Source: Piromyces finnis finn (Eukaryota > Fungi > Neocallimastigomycota). Taken from it: 64,000 nt of DNA. Position 1 is the stretch's first letter. Each line of letters opens with the position of its first letter. Location of the stretch: the NCBI GenBank assembly GCA_002104945.1, contig MCFH01000020.1, positions 756,575 to 820,574 on the forward strand, written 5' to 3'. Positions 1 to 13,440 of the stretch are shown here, piece after piece. The translations under genes were made by a program, and so were the position numbers. Below the pieces are notes generated by a model. The model was not told where the DNA came from and did no database searches. It saw only the letters and a program-made list of their open reading frames with translations.

Positions 1-1653
1 ATAACACCAGAGTCATGGTTTGAAGAACAAGAAAAAATATATGGTCATTCAATTGTAAGAATTAAGAAGGAATATAGAAATTATAATTGATTATTTATAT
101 AAATTACAAAAATATATTTATAAAATACTTATATTTATTAATAGAAATATAAAGAAAAAAAAAAAGTTTCATCAGGTATTATTAAAATATAATAAATTAT
201 TATATAATTTAAATATTTTATATGAATAAATTCCAAAATTGATTTTAAAAATGATTAAAAATGATTTTATATTACACATATAAAAGATGCTATTGATAAT
301 AATAAAAGTTCATCAAATAACGGATCATTCACTAAAAATAAAAAAGCCAATCAAGGAAGTAAAGATAAAAAGGCATCTGATGAAGAAATTATTAATGAAT
401 TCGAAGAATATCTATATTCAGATGAAATAAATGAACCATGCCCACTTTATTTTACTGAACCAAAACAACTGCTTGATATATTTTCTGAATTAGAGGAAAA
501 CAACTTAGCTTTAATTCAAAATTGTCAAGAATCAGAAGAATCATTGGAAATATTAAAATTACAAATGAAAGAATCTAATGAAAAAATGTACATATACACA
601 AATATTTATTTATATTTAAAAATTGATATTATACTCTTTGCCTATGTACGATTAACATTTATATATATATATATTTGAAAATAACCCCATAAAATTCTAT
701 TTTCAAAATTTAATAAAAAAAGGGATAAAGAAACACAACAATTAAGACAACAAATTGAATCATTAAATGATGCTATTTTAAGAGAAGAAGAGAAAGCTAA
801 ACAATTAGAAGAAAAATCAATGTAATTTTTATATTATTAATAAATGTTTTAATTTAAAAGTTATTTTGTTATTTATATTTATATTAATTTACTTTCTATT
901 ATTAATAATAATTTAAATAAAATATAGAATATTTAAGTCAGGAACTAATGATGAAGAGGAATCACAAGAGAATTTATTAGAAGAATTAAATAAAAAAGTA
1001 AAAGATGTTTATAAAAAATGTATTGGTGATAATGATGCTAATTTGAGTACACTTCAAATGTTAACAAATGTTGAAAATAGACTGGAACAATTATTTGAAA
1101 TGATTGAATTAATGCCACCAGACAAATTAGAACAAGCTGAAAAAGTAATTGCTAAGACAACTGATTATATCAATATATATATACAAAGTATAATGATTAT
1201 AACATTACATTAATTATTCTTTAATTATTAATAAAATATAATTAACAAAACTAAAGATAAAAGATAAAGAAAGAAGACAAAGATTAAGAGAAGAAAAACT
1301 TGGTGCTCAAATAACATTACAAGAAGAAAGAGTTAAAAAATCATTAGAAAGAGCTCGTGCTCCTATTAAGAAAAAGGTAATGTTTTTAATTATATAAATA
1401 TTAATCAATATTCATTACTATTAATTATTATATAATTGTATAATCGCTAGATGGGAAAACCGGTGGCCTTCCGTTCAGTACCACCTCAAAAAATTAAAAA
1501 ACAATCAAAAGAAACAAACCAAATGGAAGAAGGTTTTATTATATTCTATATATTATATATACAAATATACAAATATGCTAATATTGCTAATAATATATAA
1601 AATAAAAATTATATATGATATATATAATAGATGACTTGGAATACTATTGGTAA
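1..1653 (+). CDS. CFAP100: Cilia/flagella-associated protein 100 (CCDC37-like), 3' part; 5' end lies outside the window
   Basis: Exons about 1-54, 145-175, 287-587, 723-821, 928-1144, 1257-1376, 1451-1531, 1631-1653 join in frame over GT-AG introns. The product contains LYFTEPKQLLDIFSELEENNLALIQNCQESEE, LSTLQMLTNVENRLEQLF and GKPVAFRSVPP, which match the CFAP100/CCDC38 C-terminus as I remember it. Confidence 0.8.
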
Positions 1654-2428
1654 GCTTGGAAAAAAATGAATTTTCTTTTTTTTTTTTAAGGCAGCGATAA
1701 TAAAAATAAATTTTAAAGAATCTATGAAAATATATCGTTTCCTTTTATATTACAAAATGCTAAATATTCTGAAATTATTTTTCAATCGAATATTTATATA
1801 TGCGTACACAATAGCTTTTAATTTTTTATAATATATATTTATTCAAACACTTAAAAAATAAAATAAAAATTTTAACAAAATTTCTTTTTTGTTTTTTGTT
1901 TTTAAGTGTTGGGCTTTTTATTTTTTATTTATTAAATTATTTATATTTTAAAAATTGCCTATTATTCTAATATACTTTATATTATATTATTTTATGTAAC
2001 AGTAAATTATTAAATATAAAATAAAACAATCAATAAAAAAATAAAGAATATTTATTAATGTTTTTGACATTTAATATTATTAACGATAGAACGAAAAAAT
2101 AATGATACTTTAATAGTAATAATAATAATAATATAATAAAAGATAGTTGTTATAATGTCTAAATAAAATCTTTGTCGAAGACTGTCCAAGTATTTTTTTT
2201 TTTTTTTTAATTTAATTGTTATGCCGTTTTTATAACAATTACTAAGTATAATGGGCTATGATGGTTATGATGTTTACTTTGTTTCATTTACTAATATTTA
2301 AAAACTTTAATTTTTATAAAAATTGTAAAAATTGAAAGAAAAAAAAAAACATTGTTTTATTCAATAATAATTGTATTTTTGTTATCATCATTGTATTTCA
2401 TATTATAGTTGATAGCTGATAAGGTTAT

Positions 2429-2459
<31 letters not shown>

Positions 2460-2828
2460 TTTTTTTTGATAAAAAAAACAGTAATAACTAAAATATTAAT
2501 ATATAGATAATATATTACATTTTGATATTTATGAATTAAGAATATGGTATTAATGTACAAATAATAATAAAATGTCTGAAATTGAATAATTAAATGTATA
2601 GAGGACTGAATCAATATAATTTTTAAATGTTGATATAAAAATGATAATGATAACGACAATGAAAACAATAACACTTTAATTATTGAAATTTATCTCATAA
2701 TAATTATAAAGATGTTTGATTTTTTTCATAATGGGTGCATTAATTTTTTCTAAATATTTTAAATATATAAACATTAAACAAAACGTACTTATTATGAAAA
2801 TACTTTTTACGAACAGTCTTCCTAATTG

Positions 2829-4190
2829 TTAATCTTTTGGTTTTTTGACGTCTGAACTAATAAGTTTAATATTACTGAGATTTCCAATATTTCCTGACTT
2901 TTCATTTGAAGTTGATCCATTACTAATTACTTTGTGAGGCTGAGAATTAGCGAAAGTAGATTGTAAAAACAAGATAACCATTTCATCACTGACATTAGTA
3001 CAGGACTTTTGCAGATAGCTTTCCATCATAGTTAAACGAATAATATATTCTAAATGACTAAGGAGACCCCATTGATTTTCTCCTGATGGTAATATACTGT
3101 TGTTTTTTGTGACGTTTGTTTTCTTGATAACTTTTTTATTTTCACCATCTAAATCATTATCTTCAGGAATAAAATTATTGATTTCTAAAGCAATCCATTG
3201 TTCTTGAGAGACTCCCTCGACTTCATCAGAGTTTTCAATAATAATCTTAAGAATTAAGACAGCTGAATTACATTCTTCAATGTTAAGTAAAGATCCAGAA
3301 CTAGTGTAAAATAGTGACCTAATATTATTTATATTATAAATAATCTTTTTGCCTGGGATGAAATTTTTTTCATTAGGATAATTATTAAGATTACTTTTAC
3401 CATTGTCCAATTCTTCAGATTCATGATATCTATCATCTTCCAAATTCTCAACAATTTCAAGTTCATAATCGTAATCTTTTGTCTTACTACTGACTCTATT
3501 AATAAAAGCTCTACATAAATTAAATTCTTCTTTCCAGGTCCAATCTACATCTTGTTTTCTTTGTCTTGATGAGCTAGTAAACAAAGAATACATTTTTAAT
3601 GAAAAACTTGGGCCAACTTGGGCTTTGAGCTTATGACTTTCTATAAAAGCCTTTTCTGAGTTATAAAGCTCGGTTGTAGCCTTCATTAATTTTGATGGTG
3701 AAATTATGGTTTTTGGATAATTTTGATTACTCTGTTGTAAAATAGTAGAAGAAGTTAATAACGCTAAATTTAAAATTGGAGTAATTTCATCAATCATATT
3801 AATAATTTCAGAGAGTGAGCTTATTAAGTAATCTTCAGAAAGAGTAGCAATTTTATTTTCATTTTTATAATTATTGCAATAATCAATTTCCTCATATAGT
3901 GAATTAATTTTATTTTTTAAAGGTGTAATGACTTCCATAGTTGATACTAAGGAAGTATTACCACGAGCTACAATAAGTTCAAACATATCAATTGTTGGAA
4001 TAATCACACTCAATTTCATTTCCAATTTTTGTTTTAATGCTTCTAAAGCTGATTTATTTTTTGTTTTATTTTGAATTTGATCTTTAATATGATTTACAGC
4101 AATTTTAGCAACATAACTAAAAGCTGATTTACCAACAATTGATAAAGAATTACAAGTTAAATTTAATAATATTTCTTCAATTCCGGCCAT
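2829..4190 (-). CDS. YRB30: RanGTP-binding protein (Yrb30-like), single exon, 453 aa
   Basis: Intact ORF. N-terminal motif KLEMKLSVIIPTIDMFELIVARGNTSL and later WTWKEEF and GLLSHLEYIIRLTMMES match the fungal Ran-binding (Yrb30) family. Confidence 0.8.
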   Translation of the reverse strand: MAGIEEILLNLTCNSLSIVGKSAFSYVAKIAVNHIKDQIQNKTKNKSALEALKQKLEMKLSVIIPTIDMFELIVARGNTSLVSTMEVITPLKNKINSLYEEIDYCNNYKNENKIATLSEDYLISSLSEIINMIDEITPILNLALLTSSTILQQSNQNYPKTIISPSKLMKATTELYNSEKAFIESHKLKAQVGPSFSLKMYSLFTSSSRQRKQDVDWTWKEEFNLCRAFINRVSSKTKDYDYELEIVENLEDDRYHESEELDNGKSNLNNYPNEKNFIPGKKIIYNINNIRSLFYTSSGSLLNIEECNSAVLILKIIIENSDEVEGVSQEQWIALEINNFIPEDNDLDGENKKVIKKTNVTKNNSILPSGENQWGLLSHLEYIIRLTMMESYLQKSCTNVSDEMVILFLQSTFANSQPHKVISNGSTSNEKSGNIGNLSNIKLISSDVKKPKD

Positions 4191-4690
4191 AATAATATTA
4201 ATTTATAAGAAAACTAATAAAAAAAATCAGTTAATATATATGACTGTCTAAATACGATCTATAATATAATTAATGTTTTAAATGCCTATTTATATTTTTT
4301 TTTGTTATCATTACTCTTTACAATAGTAGAATTTTTAAAATTTTCGTTATAAAACTAATAAAACTAATATAATTGAAGTTTTAAATTACATTAAATATTA
4401 TTATAAAAATAATAGAGCTGATGGTAAACAACTTATGTTTATAATAATGATAATAATATAATTATTATTTACAATTTATTAGACTTTATATTATTATTTG
4501 ATTAGATTTAAGATTGCTAAGTAATATTTTTTACTTCTAATAAAAAAAAAAGAAAAAAAAAAAAGTATTATATATTGATTTATATATTAATATTAAAGTT
4601 TTAATAATAATTAAAGTTATTAATTTTATATTTAAAAATTATAGAATTTATAATAAATTCTATAATTATTACAAAATAATTTATATTTTC

Positions 4691-4721
<31 letters not shown>

Positions 4722-4942
4722 ATTTTTTTATTAAAAAATGTAACTGTTTTTTTTTTTTTTTGATTATTATTGATGCTTATTTATAAAATGAAGATAATAA
4801 CAACTAGTTTTTTTATTATAAAATAAATGAAAAATTAAAAATTAAAACGATGAATAAAATTTTTAATTAATAACAATTATTGTTTTATAGAAATTGGAAT
4901 CCTTTTTTTCTACACATAAAAATATAAACTAAATAATCACGC

Positions 4943-6745
4943 TTATTTATTGTTCTTTTTTTGAGCTTTTTTTTCCTCTTCTTCTCTCTTTTTTTTAACC
5001 TTTTTATCAATTTGGTCGTATTTTTCAACACTTTTTTTCACTGATGATGGAAGATGATCATAACATTGTTTGCATAAAGGTTTTAAATCCCATTCAAAGA
5101 ATGGTGCTTTTGTTATATTAAAATCTAAATTACAACCAAAACAAGTAAAGTGATTTTGACACCATTTTTTGTTCATAGCAGTAATAACTATTATTTATAT
5201 AAATATATTAATATATAAAATCATGTATAATAAAAAGATTTTTAATTTTATAATTACCTTTTCCTGAAGCTGGATGTTTACATCTACCACAATTTGATTG
5301 TGTTAATTCATTATAATGCAGCATACAATATGGTTTATCTTGATATTCATAGAATACACTATCATCAAAACGTTTTTCACATTTAAAACATACGAAATGC
5401 TATTCCATATAATTTATATTATTAATTTCAATATCGTATTAAAATTATAGGAATATTAAAAATAGAATAAAATTGTATATAATTTATTTTTTAATATTTA
5501 AATAAAGCTTACTTCTGTGTGGAAATCACGACCTAAAGCAGTTATACTTGGACCTTTATATATATAAATTTACGAAAATATTTTAATAACTCAATCTAGG
5601 TACATTCATAATTTATACTAACTGAAATTTAAATAATATTATTATATAAATAATTCATACCAAAGATTGGACGACGACAAGTATAACAAACAGGGGCTGT
5701 AACAATTTCATAATCCTTTGGGCAATATAGTTTTCCTTCATATTCTACACAATCTGCACCTAAAATAGTTTTACAAACAGTGCATGGAAAATGAAATGCA
5801 TGGTATCTAATGCCTTTAAGAATCAATAAATCTTCTGCAGCAATTGGCTTTTTACATTTACCACATGCTTCTTTTCTTAGCTTTTCCTCTTTTGTTGTAA
5901 TAAATATAATAGTTTTTAATAATTACAATTTAGTTATTTTTTACTTAAATAATGTTTTTTATAATATATATAATCGTGGAAATCTTAAATATTATATAAA
6001 AAGTTATGTTTAACTGTATTTACTAAATACCTTGTTGTTTAATTAAAGCAATACATGGTTTACAATATGGTTTACCATTTCTATTAATGAACGGCATGTT
6101 TTCCAATAAATTTCCACATTCTTCACATGTAAAGTGTTCAGAGTGCCATGTCATATTCATTGCTGTTAAACATTTTCCTAGAATAATTTGACCACATTTA
6201 CCACAACGATTACTATTAAAAAAATCATATTTAATAATTTTTATTGTATATAATATATAAATATATTTATAATTTTTTTAAAGTTTCTACCCAAATAAAA
6301 CGCTGTTATCATATTCACAATATAACCCATTCTCATTTTCGAAAATATTGCTACCTTCCGGGAAAGGCATTAAGCATTGATGACATCTAATATTTAAATT
6401 TAAATATAAATAATTTTAGTGAAAGAATAAAAAGAATTATATTGAATATAAAGGCTTAAAAAAAAGTGAAATGTATATTATAAGTAAAAAAAAATTAAAA
6501 AATTCCTTCTTCTAAAAAAAAAAAGAAAAGAAAATCATTATAAGAAACAATATAAAATATTTCAAGAAAAACATCTTTTTTTATATTAGTATTTATACCA
6601 ATATTATCGTATATACATACACAAAACAATCATTATGATATGATTTTTTCCCTTTTGTCATGCCTTCTAATACTTTTTCTTTACATATTGGACATATTGT
6701 ATCAATTTCAAAATTATCAATCGACGGTTCAACTACTGTAGCCAT
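4943..6745 (-). CDS. LIMS1: Five-LIM-domain adaptor, PINCH/LIMS1 orthologue
   Basis: Seven coding exons splice in frame from ATG 6745. Five tandem LIM domains match human PINCH1 domain by domain: CFVCHQCLMPFPEG vs CFVCAQCFQQFPEG; CRRPIFG vs CRRPIEG; EHFVCFKCEKRF vs EHFVCAKCEKPF; AMNKKWC vs ALNKAWC; EWDLKPLCKQCY vs EFDMKPVCKKCY. Confidence 0.85.
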
Positions 6746-8305
6746 ATTCTAAATATATATTTATTTAATATTAAATATTGATGATAAATAATAAATTTAT
6801 ATCGAGACAATTTTTTTTATGTAATTTTTTGTTTTTTAATATATATAATAAAATAAAATTTTTTTATTATATATTTAAACTTTAAAAAATAATGCTTTTA
6901 AATTTCTTTAATATTTTTATTCTTAAAATAATAGTAAAAATATTAATGAATAAAAATATATCTAGAAGGATTTATTATTAACTTAAATACTTATTTTATT
7001 TTTTAAATTTGTTCTTTTTAATATCTTTTAATTATCTTCGTTTTAGCAAAATTAAAAATATTAGATATAATAAAGTTAAAAAAACAAGATTGCACTAAAT
7101 CTATATTCAATCAATCAATACTTATCTTTAAAAGTCCGAATAACTTTTAATACATAATTACTTTTTAATATTAGGACTTACCTTTGGGTAATAAAAATTC
7201 CAGATATTAAAAACATGTAAACATACATGAGTTAAACGGAAAATTATATAATCTTTTTTTTTTTGTTTTCATCAATTAAAATATTCAAAATTTTTACTTT
7301 TCATTATTGGGGTTAGATAATATATATATTTATATTTTTTTTTTAGGATTAAATAATAATATTTAAATTTTTTTAATTAAAATTATAATTAATTTAATAA
7401 TAGTATTAAATAAATTAAATTTGAATTATAAATAATAAATTTAAAAAGATGAATAAAAATTAATACTCTTATAAAAGTAAAATAAAGTAAAAATCAACTA
7501 AATAAATTGTTTAATTTTTTTAAACATTTTTATTTTATTTTTTTATTTATTTTTTTATTGTTGTAGGAAAAAATAAGTTAAGGGTAAAAATCAATAAATT
7601 CTTAAATTAAAATGAAAATCAATAAATTTAAAGTAAAGAATTAATAACTATTATAATTAATTAATTATAATAAGATAAAAAGTTAAAAAGCACTTTTAAA
7701 ATTATATTATGATTAAATATCACCTATTACAAGAATATAATAATAGCATTTATTTCAAATATATAGTACACTAAAATATATTAATTATCATTTAATATTT
7801 ATAATGTACTTTTAATATATTTATATATTTATAATTCAATAATTTTCAATATTTATTATTTAAATAAATAACAACAAAAAATAATAAAATGTAATTGGAA
7901 ATGTATTTAATTATGCATGGAATAGATTTATTTAAAAAAAAGATAAAAAACATTTACCACAACAAGAAAATATACTTTTGAATATAAAACAAAAGATAAA
8001 ATAATTAAAATTAAAATTTATATATTAAATATATAATTAGGAAAACAAATAATTATTGAATGGATAAACAATCTTTTAAAATATTTTAATTATTAAAATT
8101 TTTATTAATTTCAAAATGTAAAATGTATTAATATTAAAAATTAAATATTATATACGAATTAATATATATTTTTAATATACATCTATTTTTTACATCTATA
8201 ACAACTTTTATAAAATATATATCTTAATATAATTATATATAACTTCAAAATTTTTTATTGATTATTTAAATAATATATAATTCAAAATAAAGTAGTAGTC
8301 AAAAA

Positions 8306-10025
8306 ATGTCTGAAAAGATTTCTATGGAAGAAAAGTTAAAAATTGCACATCAATTCATTTTAGAAAGTCCACCTGGTGAATTAAACGATGTATTTAATGG
8401 TTAGTATTATTGTTAAAAATAAATTTTAAGAGCTTAAATAATTATATATATATGTTGTGTATCAATGAATTTTTTTTTTTTTTTTTTTTTACAATATTTT
8501 AAAAAAATACTTTAAATAAATAATAATAAATACAACTTCAAAATTATAAATAATAAATCATTTGAAAAATTAATTAATAGATTTAATTGTTCTTCTTGAT
8601 GTTGACGATTACAAGGATTTATTACCTCAATTTGTTAAAAGCTTCCAAGAATACAACAATACCAATTTCATTCCAGTTGAAATTCCTGACCAAAAAACTA
8701 AAGTATGAATACATATATTTTTCAAATTAATAGAAATTAAAAGTTTAAAAAGAATTTATTATAATGTATTATAATGAAATTTAAAAACATTATTGAATTT
8801 CAATGATGATATAAATTATTAACGAATTTTTTTACTAAAATATATAAAAAAATTATTATATTTGAAAAGGCTATTATCTCTAAGTTTGGTATGATTGATG
8901 ATGAACATTATCTCGATCCAAGAAGTGGAAATTCTTTTGCTTTTGATCACTTCCATCAAGTAAATTTTTATAAAAGTTTCATTTAATAATATACATATTA
9001 ATATGAATAATAATATATATATAACATAACATATAATATAACTTTATAAAAAATTCCATAATAAATTATAGAAAGTTGATGATGTTCAAAAAGTGGAAAT
9101 TGAAGAAAACGATGAAATAAAACTTCGGTATATATTTATCATTTAGTATTTATTTAAATAAATAAATAAAAAAAATATAATATAGAAAGTAATTCTGATT
9201 TTGTGTTTATTAATATATAATATTTAAAGTGGAGCCGTTGATAAGGAAATTCAAAAGTACGTTAGTGAACACTTCCCAGAAGGTGTTAATGCTGTTTATT
9301 ATAAGGATGATAAGATGACCATTATTATTACAGCTAATAAATACAATCCAGATAATTTCTGGTAAATATATGATAAAACAATTGCACAATTATGATTCAT
9401 TATTAAATAAAATATATAATTCATATTTATTATTTGATATATATTTAAAAATTAGGAATGGTAGATGGCGTTCAATATACCACATCAATACAGAAAATAA
9501 TGAAGTAACTGGTTATATTAAAAGTAATGTTCACTATTATGAAGATGGTAATGTTCAATTAGAATGGAAGAAAGATACTACTTTTACATTAACAAAAGAT
9601 AAGGTAATAAACAAAATCATAAATGTTTTTTTTTATATTATTGTGTTATAATCTCTCATTATTATTGTTTGAAAAATTAAAAATTTTTACAAATAAAAAT
9701 TAATAGAGTAACATAGAAGAATATGCAAAGAATATTGCAAAAGGTATTGATGAATTTGAAAGAAATGCTGAAATTTCATTAAAGGAAACCTATAATGATC
9801 AAGCTGATAATATCTTAAAGTCTTTAAGAAGAGCTCTTCCAGTTACTAAGCAAAAGATGGGTAAATATTTTTAATTTATTAGACATAGTGATTATATCAA
9901 TTTTGAAATATAATATATATTAATTTTTATTATATTAAAATTACATATATTTTTTGTTACTCAAAGATTGGAACCAAATCTCATACTTTAAATTGGGAAA
10001 TGAATTAAATCCAAAATCAAAGTAA
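8306..10025 (+). CDS. CAP1: F-actin capping protein alpha subunit
   Basis: Eight exons over GT-AG introns. Motifs FILESPPGELNDVFND, KYNPDNFWNGRWRS, VHYYEDGNVQL and KSLRRALPVTKQKMDW. Confidence 0.95.
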
Positions 10026-10153
10026 ATTTAGTAGAATCCATAAAAATGAAAGATTATATATAGTTAAAACTATTTTAATCAAAGTAAATAAAAGGAAGAT
10101 AAATAAATAAATAAAAATAATAATTAAAATATTAAATGTTAATACCAAATCAA

Positions 10154-10185
<32 letters not shown>

Positions 10186-11343
10186 AGAAAAAAAAATGTA
10201 ATAAAAAAACAAATAAGCAAAAAAACTATATTAAATATAAAACATAAATGTAAAATGTGTAAAAAAAAAAAAGAAAAAAGTTATTAATAATTAAAAATAG
10301 TAAAAAAATAAAAATAAGAATAACAACAAAGTTATAATGAATATTCATATTGTTTTTGATGATTTTAATGAATAAATAGTAGCATACTGTTTAATGTTAA
10401 GTTTTTAATATAATATATAATATATATATATAATGCCTTTTTGTTTTTTATTTACTCAAACCCTCATCTTTTAATAATTATTGTTTTATTGTTTAGTTTG
10501 TTTTATTAAGAATATTAATTTAATTTTAATATAAATAAATTAAAGTTTTATAAGTATTGTTTTTTAAAGACATATAATTTTTAACTAAACCACCACACTA
10601 AAAACAATGAAAAAGCTTTTTATATTTATTTAAAAGTAGAAATTAAAAATAGTATGAAAGTTATTCATTAGTAAATTATTAGGTATAATTCTTATTAATG
10701 AATTTTCAAATGTTCATTTTAAATTAGGATAAGAAATTTGAAAGCTTATTTTCAATTAATTATTATAAATAAGGAGCTTTTTTATTGCCTAAAAAATCTG
10801 AAATCTGAAATTTAAAAAAACTAATTTTTGTAAAATAATTTATTAATAGATTTTTAAAATGAAATACAACCAATTTAATAATATTGAATTTAGGTAATAA
10901 TAAATTAATAAAAGTTAAATGAAATTTCAAGTATATTCATTTTAAATTGAACCTTTAAATTATTAATTTTCACAGAATTATTTATTTAATAATCATCTTT
11001 GAATTTAAATTAACCAAATTTTAATAATATATATATAAATATTTTAAGTAATCATCAAAATAGATTTCATTATAATAAATTAATTAAATTTACTTATATA
11101 TTTCCAAAATAGATTTAATAATCAATTGAAATCCTCAACAAAGATATACGGAATTTAGAAAAATTAGTAAGAAATTTTAATATTTAAAATAATTAAATTC
11201 TATTAACAAAAACATATTTTGTTAACAGAATTTAGGATAATAGAATATATTTATTATTTTATATTTTATATACTTTTGAGTTTGGTTTAAATTAACTTCT
11301 ATTTTATTTGTAATATATCAAAATTAAGAATATAATTTTTTTT

Positions 11344-11374
<31 letters not shown>

Positions 11375-13440
11375 GAATACTGCCTTGGATATTCATAGAA
11401 GAAATAAAATTTATTATATTTGTCCTTGATTATAATCGGAAGATGTTGATGTCTAAAATAGAGATTTATTTTATAAGAAAAAAGTATATTCGAAAAAAAA
11501 AAAAAACAGAATAATATAAATATATTTTATTCTAATTATTTATATAACTAGGAATTAATATATATATTTTTTAATGTTGCTCAGTATACTATAATATTTA
11601 AATAATGGATGGTTAATATTTTTTTATAGTATTCGACATATTATACATACATATTTTCTTTAATAACTTAGATGAAGTATCCATTAATCCATTACAATAA
11701 TCTTTTAAAACCATAAATACAATTTATAAAGTTTATCTAGAGTATAATTAATAATTAAAAATATATTTTAATTAATAAAAAATCATAATTAAAAAATATA
11801 TAAATTAAAGAATAACATTAACTCTATTATTATAAAAAAAGGTTAATTAGAGATTAAATATTTTAATATAATATATTAAAAATAATATGTTTAATAACAT
11901 CAAAGAATAAAATAATATGTTTAATTTAATAATATTACAAATTATAATCATTAATAAATTGGGTTTTTTTTTATTATTATTATTTATTTTTATATAATAA
12001 TAAATAACATTTTTATATCAAAAAAAGAAAAAAAAAAAAAAAAAAAAAAAGAAAAAATAAAAGATTTAATTTTTAATTATAAATATATTAAAAATTTCAA
12101 AAAATCAATATCTTTATATTTATTATTTTTTTTTTTAAATTTGTATCTTTTATTGATTAATCTGATAAAGTTAAAATATTTTATTTAAGGAGATAAATGA
12201 AAAATAAAAAAAAGAAATAATAAAAGCATTATAAGATACTATTTTTGAAAAATAAACATGACCATATGAAAATCAGTTTATCTTATAGTAAATATTCAAA
12301 TAAAAATTTTATTCTAATAATTGTTATTATTTTTATATCGATAATACACATTAAGAATTAAATAGTAATTAAATATTAATTACTCAATTCATAATAACAA
12401 TATGGGGATATATATTCTTTTGTTGATAATATAACATTCTTATATTTTATTAATTATAACTAAATAAATAAAAGGGAGAAATTATTTTAAAGTTTACCAT
12501 AAATCAATTCTAAATAAATCATTTAATATAATAATGAAACTATTTTATAAAAAATATTAAAATTTTAATTTTATTATTATCAACCATTTCATATATTAAA
12601 TATTTTTATATAAACCTTGAATTTATTTGAAAACCTAACATTTTATTAATTGGTAATATTCAATTTACTTTTTCATTTATTAACCATTAATATATATATT
12701 TGTTGAAAATAGAATATATATTTTCAAAACAAAACAAAACAAAAAAATTAAACATAAAAAACAAAAATAAAAAAATAAAAACAAAAGCAAAGCAAAAGCA
12801 GGAAAAAACAAAACAAAACTAAACAAACTAAAATAAACGAAACAAAAACAAAAATAAAAACATTACCATTTTTTTTTTTTTTACAATAAATCATAACCTA
12901 GATACTTCGAATTATAAAATAAGTAAATATAAAGAAGAAAAATAATATCCATATATAAAATTTTTATTTGTATTAAATCAATTTAATAAAATATATTTAT
13001 ATTAATATTAAATTAAATTTCTAGAAAAATAGAAAGAAAATTCAAATTTAATAGATAATAATTCAATAGACAATATTCTCTTTAAAAAATTATTTTGTAA
13101 GTGTTATTAAAAAATTAAATTTTAAGATATTTTTTTAATAAAAATTATATCTTTATTTAAAATATTATAGAAATATAATAATAGTGATTCTAAAATTAAA
13201 AATACTAATAATGATACCTTCTATATGTAATATATTTATTTTTTTATTTTATTAATAAAATTTAAATAGTATAAAACATTAATTTTTTAAAAAATAGCAT
13301 AAAAGAATATTGAGGAAATCTGTTTGTCTTTTTAATTAAACATATAATTAAAATAATACAAAATTTGCAACAATAATTTACATAGTTTGGATTCACACGC
13401 TCATTTTTATTAAATTTAATTTCAAAAAATAAATACAATA

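Noticed and set aside
2357-2674. Short ORFs in AT-rich spacers (also 10017..10220, 13262..13480, 29946..30197, 61541..61729)
   Set aside because: Built from poly(A/T) runs with F/L/I/K-biased composition; no splice partners or motifs.
11194-11234. Near-perfect 17-bp hairpin (and an 11-bp one at about 22262-22290)
   Set aside because: Stems are almost purely A/T; by rough estimate about one such hairpin is expected by chance in 64 kb at this composition.
11575-11700. Possible H/ACA snoRNA (hairpin, ANANNA, terminal ACA)
   Set aside because: The second hairpin is weak, the boxes are common in AT-rich DNA, and no rRNA target was recognised.
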